The notes under the pieces: generated by a model | Told to the model about the DNA's origin: nothing | What the model saw: only the letters and a program-made list of their open reading frames with translations | Database searches by the model: none | In this document: piece by piece, positions 15,976 through 22,863 of the stretch | Layout of the letters: each line of letters starts with the position of its first letter | Position numbering within the stretch: position 1 is the stretch's first letter | Position numbers and translations under genes: made by a program | From: Tunturiibacter phage Tunturi_3 | Direction: 5' to 3' (one strand) | Sequence record: PP885686.1 | Length of the DNA: 24,000 bases

Positions 15976-16023
15976 TGGCGGTTAGTATTGCAGCCGGGGG
16001 AAACCGCCAAGTAAACCCCCGGC
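15976..16023 (-). promoter_or_regulatory. predicted H-type RNA pseudoknot in the intergenic leader
   Basis: Stem A 15993-16000 gccggggg / 16016-16023 cccccggc; stem B 15976-15983 tggcggtt / 16002-16009 aaccgcca; both perfect and interleaved. Confidence 0.6.
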
Positions 16024-16052
16024 CCTCACACTTGGATAGGAATTCGGGCTCC

Positions 16053-17012
16053 TTAGAACTCCTCTCCTTCCAAGTGGAACTTACGATCTGGCGCGTCCTG
16101 TACCATCTCGCTCAACGTCTCGGTCAGTTCGTTCATGCCAGATAAGACTTTATTGCGGAACTCGTTGTTGGTCTTGAGGGTGACCGCTGTCTCATCACCC
16201 AGCAGAGCGCGTGCTTTCTGCACCTGTTCGGACAGTGCATCATCGTTGCCGATGTTGCGGAAGTCCATGTTGTCCAAGAACTCCTTGAGCGCGTCAATCG
16301 TGGGCTGGCGCAGCACCTTCGGCTTACCGTCTGCTGAAGGCGTGAGCTTGTCACGGAGATGGGTAAACAACTCCAAAGCCTTCGTACGGAGTACGCTGGA
16401 CACTTCCTCCATCGCTGCAGAGAACTGTGCCTGTGTAGCCTCCCGCTGTTCGCGGTACATGTCTTCGCTGATCTCCTTCAGATCCTCAGGGGTCTCAAAG
16501 GTGCGGACAGCCCAGTAAAAGCGGAACCGTGCAGCGACCTCTTCAACTGGGATGTAATCGCTGGCTACGAAGAGCGGCCCGAGTTCGGTCTTGGCTTTCT
16601 CCACCAGTTCGGTGTAGGCTGCGACCAAGGAACTGACCAGCACGAGACGTTCAGTCTTATGCTCCAGCAGACGGTTCCACACGCGCTGCATCACTGGCTT
16701 GGGGACGATGAGAACGCCGGGCCAGTCGAGGAAGGGAAGGCAGATACCGCCCAGCCACTTGCGCAGGCGTGAATCATGGTGACCGATGGCTTCGAGTTCG
16801 GGGGAGTCGATGAGTTGTTTGGAGACCTTCAGCAGAGCCTTATCTGCGTCGGTAGTAAGGACCTGCTCTCCTGCTACCTTCTTGGTGTTGCCCAGCTTAC
16901 CGTAGCTGACGCGAAGGAATAGGCCCTTTTTGACGAGTTGATCGGCATTGTGCGCGATGGGTTCGAGGGAGGCGTTGTCGGACTGAATTTGAGACCATGA
17001 TGCGATGTTCAT
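16053..17012 (-). CDS. conserved hypothetical protein, 319 aa, possibly DUF3150-like partner of the AAA ATPase
   Basis: ORF with AAGGAG before ATG at 17012 (track start 17081 is probably too long). Confidence 0.6.
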   Translation of the reverse strand: MNIASWSQIQSDNASLEPIAHNADQLVKKGLFLRVSYGKLGNTKKVAGEQVLTTDADKALLKVSKQLIDSPELEAIGHHDSRLRKWLGGICLPFLDWPGVLIVPKPVMQRVWNRLLEHKTERLVLVSSLVAAYTELVEKAKTELGPLFVASDYIPVEEVAARFRFYWAVRTFETPEDLKEISEDMYREQREATQAQFSAAMEEVSSVLRTKALELFTHLRDKLTPSADGKPKVLRQPTIDALKEFLDNMDFRNIGNDDALSEQVQKARALLGDETAVTLKTNNEFRNKVLSGMNELTETLSEMVQDAPDRKFHLEGEEF

Positions 17013-17040
17013 GTGAGGCTCCTTGGCGGTTCGTTTTGTG

Positions 17041-17358
17041 TTACTTAGAAGACTGTATATGATTGCGATTCTTCTTGTCAAGCTTTTTTCTTAGTGCTGC
17101 CATTTTCTGCTCCAGCATCAAAGCTTCGTGCGCTTGTATCCTTGCCCGTTGTTGCTGTGCTCGCTTGCGTACAAGTGCCATTCTTTCGCGTGGATTGTGC
17201 CCGAAGTGGCACCACTGACAGTTGGTGCATATGTAGATTTCAAAGCCGTGGTCTGCGTCCCTGTTGGTCAGTCTAGACGCTGCCTCTTCGGGGGTCATTT
17301 TGATCTTATGCTTACAGTTGAATCTATGAGACTCGGCCAGTCTTGCCTCTATGCTCAT
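17041..17358 (-). CDS. hypothetical protein with Cys/His cluster, 105 aa
   Basis: CKHK...YICTNCQWCHFGH. Confidence 0.6.
   Translation of the reverse strand: MSIEARLAESHRFNCKHKIKMTPEEAASRLTNRDADHGFEIYICTNCQWCHFGHNPRERMALVRKRAQQQRARIQAHEALMLEQKMAALRKKLDKKNRNHIQSSK
17054..17081 (-). promoter_or_regulatory. promoter TTGACA-N16-TATACA within the 3' end of the 17041-17358 gene
   Basis: -35 at 17076-17081, -10 at 17054-17059. Confidence 0.5.
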
Positions 17359-17370
17359 ACACGAACCCTC
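17348..17370 (-). repeat. direct repeat copy 1, 23 bp gene-junction cassette (GAGGGTTCGTGTATGAGCATAGA)
   Basis: Identical to 17521-17543. Confidence 0.9.
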
Positions 17371-17531
17371 CGTGTAAGCCGATACTTCTTGGGTAGCTCA
17401 TCCCAGCATACCCGCGTGGGGGTTGTCATCTTGTAGCCGTTGTGGTCCTTATAGATGGTGTGGGGGACATGCCTGATCCACGCACAGCCTAGCAATTCTT
17501 CGTGAGAGGGTGGTCTTGTTTCTATGCTCAT
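17355..17531 (-). CDS. 58-aa protein (MSIETRPPSHEELLGCAWIRHVPHTIYKDHNGYKMTTPTRVCWDELPKKYRLTRRVRV)
   Basis: Hand translation; ATGA overlaps at both ends. Confidence 0.6.
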   Translation of the reverse strand: MSIETRPPSHEELLGCAWIRHVPHTIYKDHNGYKMTTPTRVCWDELPKKYRLTRRVRV

Positions 17532-17543
17532 ACACGAACCCTC
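17521..17543 (-). repeat. direct repeat copy 2, 23 bp gene-junction cassette
   Basis: Identical to 17348-17370. Confidence 0.9.
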
Positions 17544-17737
17544 TGCCGAATGTTGCGCTTGGTCAAGTCTACGTCTGCATCAGTGCCTACCAACCTAGAG
17601 GCCTCGGTCAGGATGCGCCGGGGGCCTTCCGTCTGTGTGCGCCCACTTGTATCGCGCAGATAGTTCGCAGCACGAGAGAGTATCCACTTAGCGTGCCAGC
17701 GTTCGAACGGTGTGAGAGGTTTAGAGATAGTGGGCAT
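17528..17737 (-). CDS. hypothetical protein, 69 aa
   Basis: ORF track. Confidence 0.55.
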   Translation of the reverse strand: MPTISKPLTPFERWHAKWILSRAANYLRDTSGRTQTEGPRRILTEASRLVGTDADVDLTKRNIRQRVRV

Positions 17738-18050
17738 TTACGTACTCGATCTCTGCGGCTATAGCTACCGCTCTGTCGGTGTAGGTTTGGTAGAGTATCC
17801 CCCGCCCAATAGGGGAGAGGTTGATACGCCACTCGCAAGCCCATCTACGTGTAAAGCTTGCCATCCAGCCATACTCTCCAAACCGATTACGAAGAGCATG
17901 GAAGACCCGGCGCAGTGTTGCATTTACGGGTTCGACGTGACTGACCCGCTTGACTTCAACGTCCGCATCTTCGAACAGTTTGGATGCAGCGCCGTCATCC
18001 ATAAACTTGATGGTGCCGTCCTCACAGATAATGATCTCAATGTTTGTCAT
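17721..18050 (-). CDS. conserved hypothetical protein (MTNIEIIICEDGTIKFM...RVSHVEPVNATLRRVFHALR...ACEWRINLSP...)
   Basis: ORF; RxSHVEP...W..(D/N)LSP..G pattern; start trimmed to 18050. Confidence 0.6.
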   Translation of the reverse strand: MTNIEIIICEDGTIKFMDDGAASKLFEDADVEVKRVSHVEPVNATLRRVFHALRNRFGEYGWMASFTRRWACEWRINLSPIGRGILYQTYTDRAVAIAAEIEYVNAHYL

Positions 18051-18315
18051 CGATATGTCCTTGAACTCGGGGATAGGAACCAACCGGAGAGGCGTCGTTT
18101 CTGTTCAAGTATAGCACGGTTTCGGTAATGGTGCCAATGATCATTACCATCCCGTCACTCAGAGAGATGACGCAGTAGACACTCTTCTCTGCATTGGGCA
18201 GTAGTACCCAGCCTAACATGTAAAGCTCACGCCCTCCCATACTGAGAGCAACACCAAGCTTTCCGTTACTGGTGCCCTTCTCGTTTATGTCTTCTTCTTC
18301 CCAGATATATTTCAT
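18037..18315 (-). CDS. hypothetical protein, 92 aa
   Basis: GGGAGG before ATG. Confidence 0.6.
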   Translation of the reverse strand: MKYIWEEEDINEKGTSNGKLGVALSMGGRELYMLGWVLLPNAEKSVYCVISLSDGMVMIIGTITETVLYLNRNDASPVGSYPRVQGHIDDKH

Positions 18316-18324
18316 GATATCCTC

Positions 18325-18392
18325 CCGTCAAGGTTCCCTCTGGCGGACATGGCTGAACATGTGCCCCTAACCCAGCTTAGAAACCCTGACGG
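18325..18392 (-). promoter_or_regulatory. structured 5' leader: 11-bp outer stem with one G-U pair, inner hairpin 18345-18365
   Basis: 18325-18335 ccgtcaaggtt versus 18382-18392 aaccctgacgg; inner ggacatg/catgtgcc stem with one bulge. Confidence 0.45.
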
Positions 18393-18408
18393 CAAGACAT
18401 CTGCCGGA

Positions 18409-18591
18409 TTACTTCCGCAAGATCTGCGGCTTGGCAACCTTGAAGTACTCTTGCTTCTTGGTGACGTTGGTGACCTCTCCTGCTGCCGTCAGAGCGTCAA
18501 TGATAGCGTCGCAGCCATTGCCTTCGAACCCGTTGGCCTCTGCGATAATCTCCCCCTCAGGGGTGAACTGAATCTCTACTGTCTGTGCCAC
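18409..18591 (-). CDS. DUF2997-like protein
   Basis: MAQTVEIQFTPEGEIIAEANGFEGNGCDAIIDALTAAGEVTNVTKKQEYFK. Confidence 0.75.
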   Translation of the reverse strand: MAQTVEIQFTPEGEIIAEANGFEGNGCDAIIDALTAAGEVTNVTKKQEYFKVAKPQILRK

Positions 18592-18630
18592 GATTCCTCC
18601 GTGCTTCGCTGAATTTTGTGATGCTGTTGG

Positions 18631-19035
18631 TTAGAACTTGGTGTAAGTGGCTGACTGGTTCTTGCCCTTGATGCCAGTGTTGGTCAGTACAAAGCCCTTG
18701 TCGCGCATGGTCTTTGCAACGTAGCCTTTGTTGTACTCTAGGCCAACGTTATTCAGCCACTCCTGACCGAACGCCCTGCTGGTTGTGAAGTCTGCGATCT
18801 GCGCCTTATAGGTGCCGTCCGACTCCTTGGTGAACCCGATGTCAGCGAACGAATGGGAGGGAAGCTTCTCTTTGGGGATACGGATATCCGCATAGATCTC
18901 CTCGCCGTCGTACGTCTTCATACGTACGGGTTTGCTGGTGTGGTCCTCAATGTTGGTCAGGCCCACCGCTGCCAGTGCAGCGATGAGAAGCTGAGCGTCT
19001 TTGAACTTGGTGCGAACTGTAGCAACTTTTGACAT
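18631..19035 (-). CDS. DUF1257 (Ycf35-like) protein
   Basis: VRTKFKDAQLLIAALAAVG...YADIRI...DIGFTKESDGTY; adjacent to DUF2997-like and Ycf46-like genes. Confidence 0.7.
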   Translation of the reverse strand: MSKVATVRTKFKDAQLLIAALAAVGLTNIEDHTSKPVRMKTYDGEEIYADIRIPKEKLPSHSFADIGFTKESDGTYKAQIADFTTSRAFGQEWLNNVGLEYNKGYVAKTMRDKGFVLTNTGIKGKNQSATYTKF

Positions 19036-19072
19036 GGTGCAATCCTCTCATACTGCGATATCTGTGTCAAGC

Positions 19073-19101
19073 AAAAAAGAAGGGAGTCTTGCAGACCTCC
19101 C
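19073..19101 (-). terminator. Rho-independent terminator GGGAGGTCTGCAAGACTCCCTTCTTTTTT
   Basis: GGGAG(G)TCT-GCA-AGACTCCC stem followed by TTCTTTTTT, just after the AAA gene stop. Confidence 0.75.
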
Positions 19102-19111
19102 CCATGCAAAC

Positions 19112-20707
19112 TTAGCGGATGATGCGCCCATCCTCTTCAAATCGGGGTGCGGTGACGCTGCTGTGTGGTACCAGTGTAGCTGCGATCTCATCCACACTGT
19201 ACACGCCCTCATTCGCAGCAGAGAGGAAACGGTTATTTGCCTCCATACGAATTCGCTTGATGCGCTCTGGGTCGGAGACCGTGACGGGCACCACATACTT
19301 AGCGGCTTTGGTTAGAGTCCACTTGAGCATCTGTGCCTTATCGCAGCAGGACCTGATCTCGTCACCCGTCCAGCCATTCGACTGTGGGTTAGGCTCATCG
19401 TTGACGAGTCCAGTGCGCGTACGGTGAATGGCCCAGATGACCTCCCGCTCCGCTGCTGTTGGAACATCGAAGAAGAAGGTAGCAAGGTCGAAGCGTCGGA
19501 GTAGCTCCGCTGGTAATGAAGATACGCTGTTGCAAGTAGCGAAGGCCAGAATATCCCCTCCCCCTGCTGTGGCTTCGATGGTCTTGGTGCTCGTCCGCTG
19601 GTTGGCATTGGACTCGCCCACATGACCTGCTTGCATCGCTGCGATATCGGTGCGAATGACTGGGATATCATACTCGTTACCCAGACACTTAGGAAGGAAC
19701 GACTTCGAGACGCCGGGGACTCCGAGAGCGAGAACTCCCAGCACCCCGCGTTCCTGCATCCACGTAAGCTGAGCCCCTAGCATCTCGGTCTTGGTCCCCG
19801 AAGAATCGGTCCCATGGCCAGCGAAACCCTTCTCAATTTCGTCGTACCAGATGATGACCTTCGGGGGACGCTGACCTTCCATGACTGCCCGCAAGAAGTC
19901 CTTCGCAGCCTGCACCCCGCCGATGTCGGCCAGCTTCTCTTTCGAGACGTTGACACTAAGTCCGGGGGAGTTGTTGATTGAGTCACGCTTGCGGGACCAA
20001 ATCTGGGGAAGGTCCAACTTGGTTGAGTTGACCTCTTTGTCAGATGTGGAGCTAACAACCATGGACATCGCTGTGGCTTGCTCCGCTGCGAACGTAGGAA
20101 CACCGATCAGAGCATCCACCGCCTTAGTCTTTATGTCAGGGGTCAGGCTACCGAGAGACTTGGAAGACTTGTACAAGTTCTCTACGATCTGCCCGAGTTG
20201 GTCCGCTGTTGGCAGAGGTTCATCCAGCATCAAAACATCGTTGACCAGTTCAGGGGGAAGAGTAGCGCCGGGGGTGGTAAGCAGAATCATGGTGGAGCCC
20301 ACACGCTTCAGCAGTTCGCGAAGGTTCCAAAGTCCTTGGATGACGTTGGGGTCTTGGTTCTGCCACTGCATGTGTGCGTTGGATATGAAGATGAGGCTGT
20401 CATTCAACTTTGTGCCCTTGAGCGATGCCTTAGCAATGCCCGAGAGAACGGGGGAAAGGTTGCGAGAGGCTTCTTGGCTTAGGTCCCCATGCTGCAGGAC
20501 TGACTGATAAGCACCGACTGACCCTGTACCCTCTGAGAGGTTCAGGAGACCGTTGAGAGCATCCCAGATGAGTAACGGGGTGGTGTCCTTCTTGCCGTTG
20601 AGCGAGTTGATTATCACAACTCTTGTGCTCTTTGGGTCAAAGGTACGGACGCAGATAAGAGGGGTCGATACCCTTCTCGCTTGTTTGATCTGTTCAACGA
20701 ATTCCAT
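19112..20707 (-). CDS. Ycf46-like AAA ATPase with permuted core motifs
   Basis: KVIIWYDEIEKGFAGHGTDSSGTKTEMLGAQLTWMQERG (Walker B segment) precedes VLALGVPGVSKSFLPKCLG (Walker A segment); then DILAFATCNSVSSLPAELLRRFDL. AAGGAG before ATG at 20707. Confidence 0.85.
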   Translation of the reverse strand: MEFVEQIKQARRVSTPLICVRTFDPKSTRVVIINSLNGKKDTTPLLIWDALNGLLNLSEGTGSVGAYQSVLQHGDLSQEASRNLSPVLSGIAKASLKGTKLNDSLIFISNAHMQWQNQDPNVIQGLWNLRELLKRVGSTMILLTTPGATLPPELVNDVLMLDEPLPTADQLGQIVENLYKSSKSLGSLTPDIKTKAVDALIGVPTFAAEQATAMSMVVSSTSDKEVNSTKLDLPQIWSRKRDSINNSPGLSVNVSKEKLADIGGVQAAKDFLRAVMEGQRPPKVIIWYDEIEKGFAGHGTDSSGTKTEMLGAQLTWMQERGVLGVLALGVPGVSKSFLPKCLGNEYDIPVIRTDIAAMQAGHVGESNANQRTSTKTIEATAGGGDILAFATCNSVSSLPAELLRRFDLATFFFDVPTAAEREVIWAIHRTRTGLVNDEPNPQSNGWTGDEIRSCCDKAQMLKWTLTKAAKYVVPVTVSDPERIKRIRMEANNRFLSAANEGVYSVDEIAATLVPHSSVTAPRFEEDGRIIR

Positions 20708-20743
20708 AGTGTTACTCCTTTGCATGTAAGTGCTGCAGCTACA

Positions 20744-20772
20744 AACGTATCAATCGCTGGGGAGGATGTCAA
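20744..20772 (-). promoter_or_regulatory. promoter TTGACA-N17-TACGTT (extended -10 TGATACGTT) for the AAA gene
   Basis: -35 at 20767-20772, -10 at 20744-20749. Confidence 0.5.
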
Positions 20773-20776
20773 GCTT

Positions 20777-21271
20777 TTATTTCGAGTCGAGAGGTTCGCT
20801 GGTGTCGTAGTCCCACGGTCTACTGGCTTCCGCTGCAGAATGGACTTCGCTGGGTGTCGGAGGGTTATGCACTGATTCGCGCATGACATACGCTTCCGCT
20901 GTGGTCAGTGCAATGTCTTGCTCGGCCAGCTTCCGCTGTTCTGCTTCAACCTTGCCCTCGTTGCGCCCATGCAACTCCTCAGGCCAATAACCGAAGTCCG
21001 CTGAGTCCGCTGGGTTAGGACCAAAGAAGTAACCCTTAGGTGCGTACCCTGACAGTGCGGTGATGAGCTTCGCAAGGATGGGCGCGGGGTCAACCGACAG
21101 GATGCCCACCGCATTCAATGCGATGCCCCTTGCTAGTGCTCTATCGCGTGCAGAGAGGTTAGGTTGGGCATTCAACTCAGCCACAAAGGTCTGGATGAGG
21201 GAATAGGGAAAGAGCTTCGCTGTGAGTCCCTGACTGATACTGCCGATGTTTGCTCTGTGAAAACGTGACAT
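20777..21271 (-). CDS. hypothetical protein, 164 aa
   Basis: GGAGG before ATG. Confidence 0.65.
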   Translation of the reverse strand: MSRFHRANIGSISQGLTAKLFPYSLIQTFVAELNAQPNLSARDRALARGIALNAVGILSVDPAPILAKLITALSGYAPKGYFFGPNPADSADFGYWPEELHGRNEGKVEAEQRKLAEQDIALTTAEAYVMRESVHNPPTPSEVHSAAEASRPWDYDTSEPLDSK

Positions 21272-21318
21272 ACTTCCTCCGCTGTTACTTTGAATTTTGT
21301 ACCGCTGTTGGTTATACT

Positions 21319-21528
21319 TTAGAATCCAAACGTACTTGTCAATGCGTGCGAGATGGCTCTGTCTTCCCTGTAAAAGGTCCGCTGTCCTACAAAAGACCGT
21401 CCTTCTTCGCTGGTGAACTCTACAGTCCAGCAGGTACCTTGGTCGATAACATCCGCTTGTACCTTCGTCAGGGGGTTCGTGACTGTAAAGATAACGGTTG
21501 ATTCTAGCCCACCGGTTATAAAGTCCAT
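21319..21528 (-). CDS. hypothetical protein, 69 aa
   Basis: GGAGTAACAGCG-ATGG start context. Confidence 0.6.
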   Translation of the reverse strand: MDFITGGLESTVIFTVTNPLTKVQADVIDQGTCWTVEFTSEEGRSFVGQRTFYREDRAISHALTSTFGF

Positions 21529-21548
21529 CGCTGTTACTCCTGACCTGA

Positions 21549-21557
21549 ATTATATCA
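21549..21557 (-). promoter_or_regulatory. extended -10 promoter TGATATAAT
   Basis: TGTGATATAAT directly upstream of the 21528 gene; nearby TTGACA is only 7 bp away so is not a normal -35. Confidence 0.4.
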
Positions 21558-21786
21558 CACTTGTCAAATCGCTGCTTATCCCCTTGATTGATTCGCTGGG
21601 AAGGGAATACACAAAGGCCTTACTGTTATTGTTCCATCGGTTGACGGTCTGGTATGCTTCGAGCGTAGACATTCCCCCTAGCATCGCTGGGTATAGGCCA
21701 GCATTGATAAAGTGCGCTTTGGTGAATGGCTGGGTAATTGTCCGACCTGTGGCAATGTTGCGCTTTAGATACGTCTTGAATGCCAT
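21550..21786 (-). CDS. hypothetical protein, 78 aa
   Basis: AAGGAGAATAACAGCG-ATGG. Confidence 0.6.
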   Translation of the reverse strand: MAFKTYLKRNIATGRTITQPFTKAHFINAGLYPAMLGGMSTLEAYQTVNRWNNNSKAFVYSLPSESIKGISSDLTSVI

Positions 21787-21819
21787 CGCTGTTATTCTCC
21801 TTGCGGGATTAGTCCGCTG

Positions 21820-22080
21820 TTAGTCTAACTGGTAGATGCCAACTAATGCGCGGGTTAGGCTGTTAGCCTTTGGCTTGCGCTTGTATAGCGCATGCTCATA
21901 ACCATCAAACCAAGGTCCATGCTTCGCTGTCCGTTCGTGCCCTTCCTTGCTTGTGCAAGTGGAGCTTGATGTCTCCTTGCTCCTGCAGTGACCCTGAGCA
22001 TTTTCAAGGCTAAGGTTGTCCTTGATAATCTCGCGTCTGCTATTGTCGCGGTACGTTCGCACTATCCTGTATCTATCCAT
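21820..22080 (-). CDS. hypothetical protein, 86 aa
   Basis: ORF track. Confidence 0.5.
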   Translation of the reverse strand: MDRYRIVRTYRDNSRREIIKDNLSLENAQGHCRSKETSSSTCTSKEGHERTAKHGPWFDGYEHALYKRKPKANSLTRALVGIYQLD

Positions 22081-22082
22081 TG

Positions 22083-22259
22083 TTAGCCTCTCAATCCCGC
22101 TACTAGATATTTATTGTAGCGGTACTTATTCTCAGCTTCTACCCAATACATGGCCGATGCTGTACCATGTACCCTGAGCACGTTTCGAAGGATATGAAGA
22201 GCTTGTGCATACCCTAGGATGCCGTATCTATACGCTGCTAGAACTTGTGCTCTATTCAC
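22083..22259 (-). CDS. 58-aa protein, GTG start (MNRAQVLAAYRYGILGYAQALHILRNVLRVHGTASAMYWVEAENKYRYNKYLVAGLRG)
   Basis: Hand translation; ends 2 nt before the 22080 gene ATG. Confidence 0.5.
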   Translation of the reverse strand: MNRAQVLAAYRYGILGYAQALHILRNVLRVHGTASAMYWVEAENKYRYNKYLVAGLRG

Positions 22260-22331
22260 TGTGCCGATTCCCCTTCGCTGGCATTAGTACCAGACCTGCC
22301 AGCACCTTAGAAGGTGCTAGCTAGTCCACTG

Positions 22332-22700
22332 CTATCGCGTACGATGGTCGTAGACGTTCGCTTTGTAGCGCCGTGTTACTTCATTTGCGTCATCCGCTGA
22401 TATGAAAGTGTAGAAGTCTGCCAGATTGTGTTCTAGGTCATCCGCTGAACCTAGGAATGCATTAGAGCTTGAGATGATAAAGCCATCGCTGGTAATGCTG
22501 AAGGATGAGACTTTATTGCCCTTGTGGTCTATGATGCCGTAGTCATGGCCGATGATAGCACCCAGAAGAGCGGCAAACTTAGGGGAAAAGTCGTACTTGC
22601 GTGGGTAGATGCGCTTAGCTAGCTCCAGAGTCTTGCCAGCTTCTAACGCGTGAATGTTGGCTAGCAGCTTCAGTTGACGTTGCTGTATTGTTTGACCCAT
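22332..22700 (-). CDS. hypothetical protein, 122 aa
   Basis: ACAAGGAGAGCATAACCATGG start context. Confidence 0.6.
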   Translation of the reverse strand: MGQTIQQRQLKLLANIHALEAGKTLELAKRIYPRKYDFSPKFAALLGAIIGHDYGIIDHKGNKVSSFSITSDGFIISSSNAFLGSADDLEHNLADFYTFISADDANEVTRRYKANVYDHRTR

Positions 22701-22702
22701 GG

Positions 22703-22861
22703 TTATGCTCTCCTTGTTAGTTCGATTTTAGCAGCTTTGATCAAAGCTTGAGTCTTCTCAGGTAGATTGTATTCGAATGAGAAGTAGTAACGGTTAGTGA
22801 ACCGGATAAGATCTTCCTTGCTCCACCGCTGTACTTCTAGAGTGGCACGGATATGCCCCAT
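22703..22861 (-). CDS. 52-aa paralog of the next upstream gene (MGHIRATLEVQRWSKEDLIRFTNRYYFSFEYNLPEKTQALIKAAKIELTRRA)
   Basis: Hand translation; same start context and C-terminus as the 22864-23058 gene. Confidence 0.75.
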   Translation of the reverse strand: MGHIRATLEVQRWSKEDLIRFTNRYYFSFEYNLPEKTQALIKAAKIELTRRA

Positions 22862-22863
22862 GG

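Noticed and set aside
19042-19070. TTGACA-N17-GAGGAT as a leaderless promoter for the DUF1257 gene
   Set aside because: The -10 is poor and overlaps an obvious SD (GAGAGGAT); the alternative TATGAG is only 12 bp from the -35, so evidence is too weak to list as a feature.
19881-20507. 208-aa + strand ORF opposite the AAA gene
   Set aside because: No motif support; the minus frame carries the conserved AAA sequence.
21549-21567. TTGACA next to TATAAT upstream of the 21528 gene as a standard -35/-10 promoter
   Set aside because: The spacer is only 7 bp; kept only as an extended -10 (TGATATAAT) candidate.
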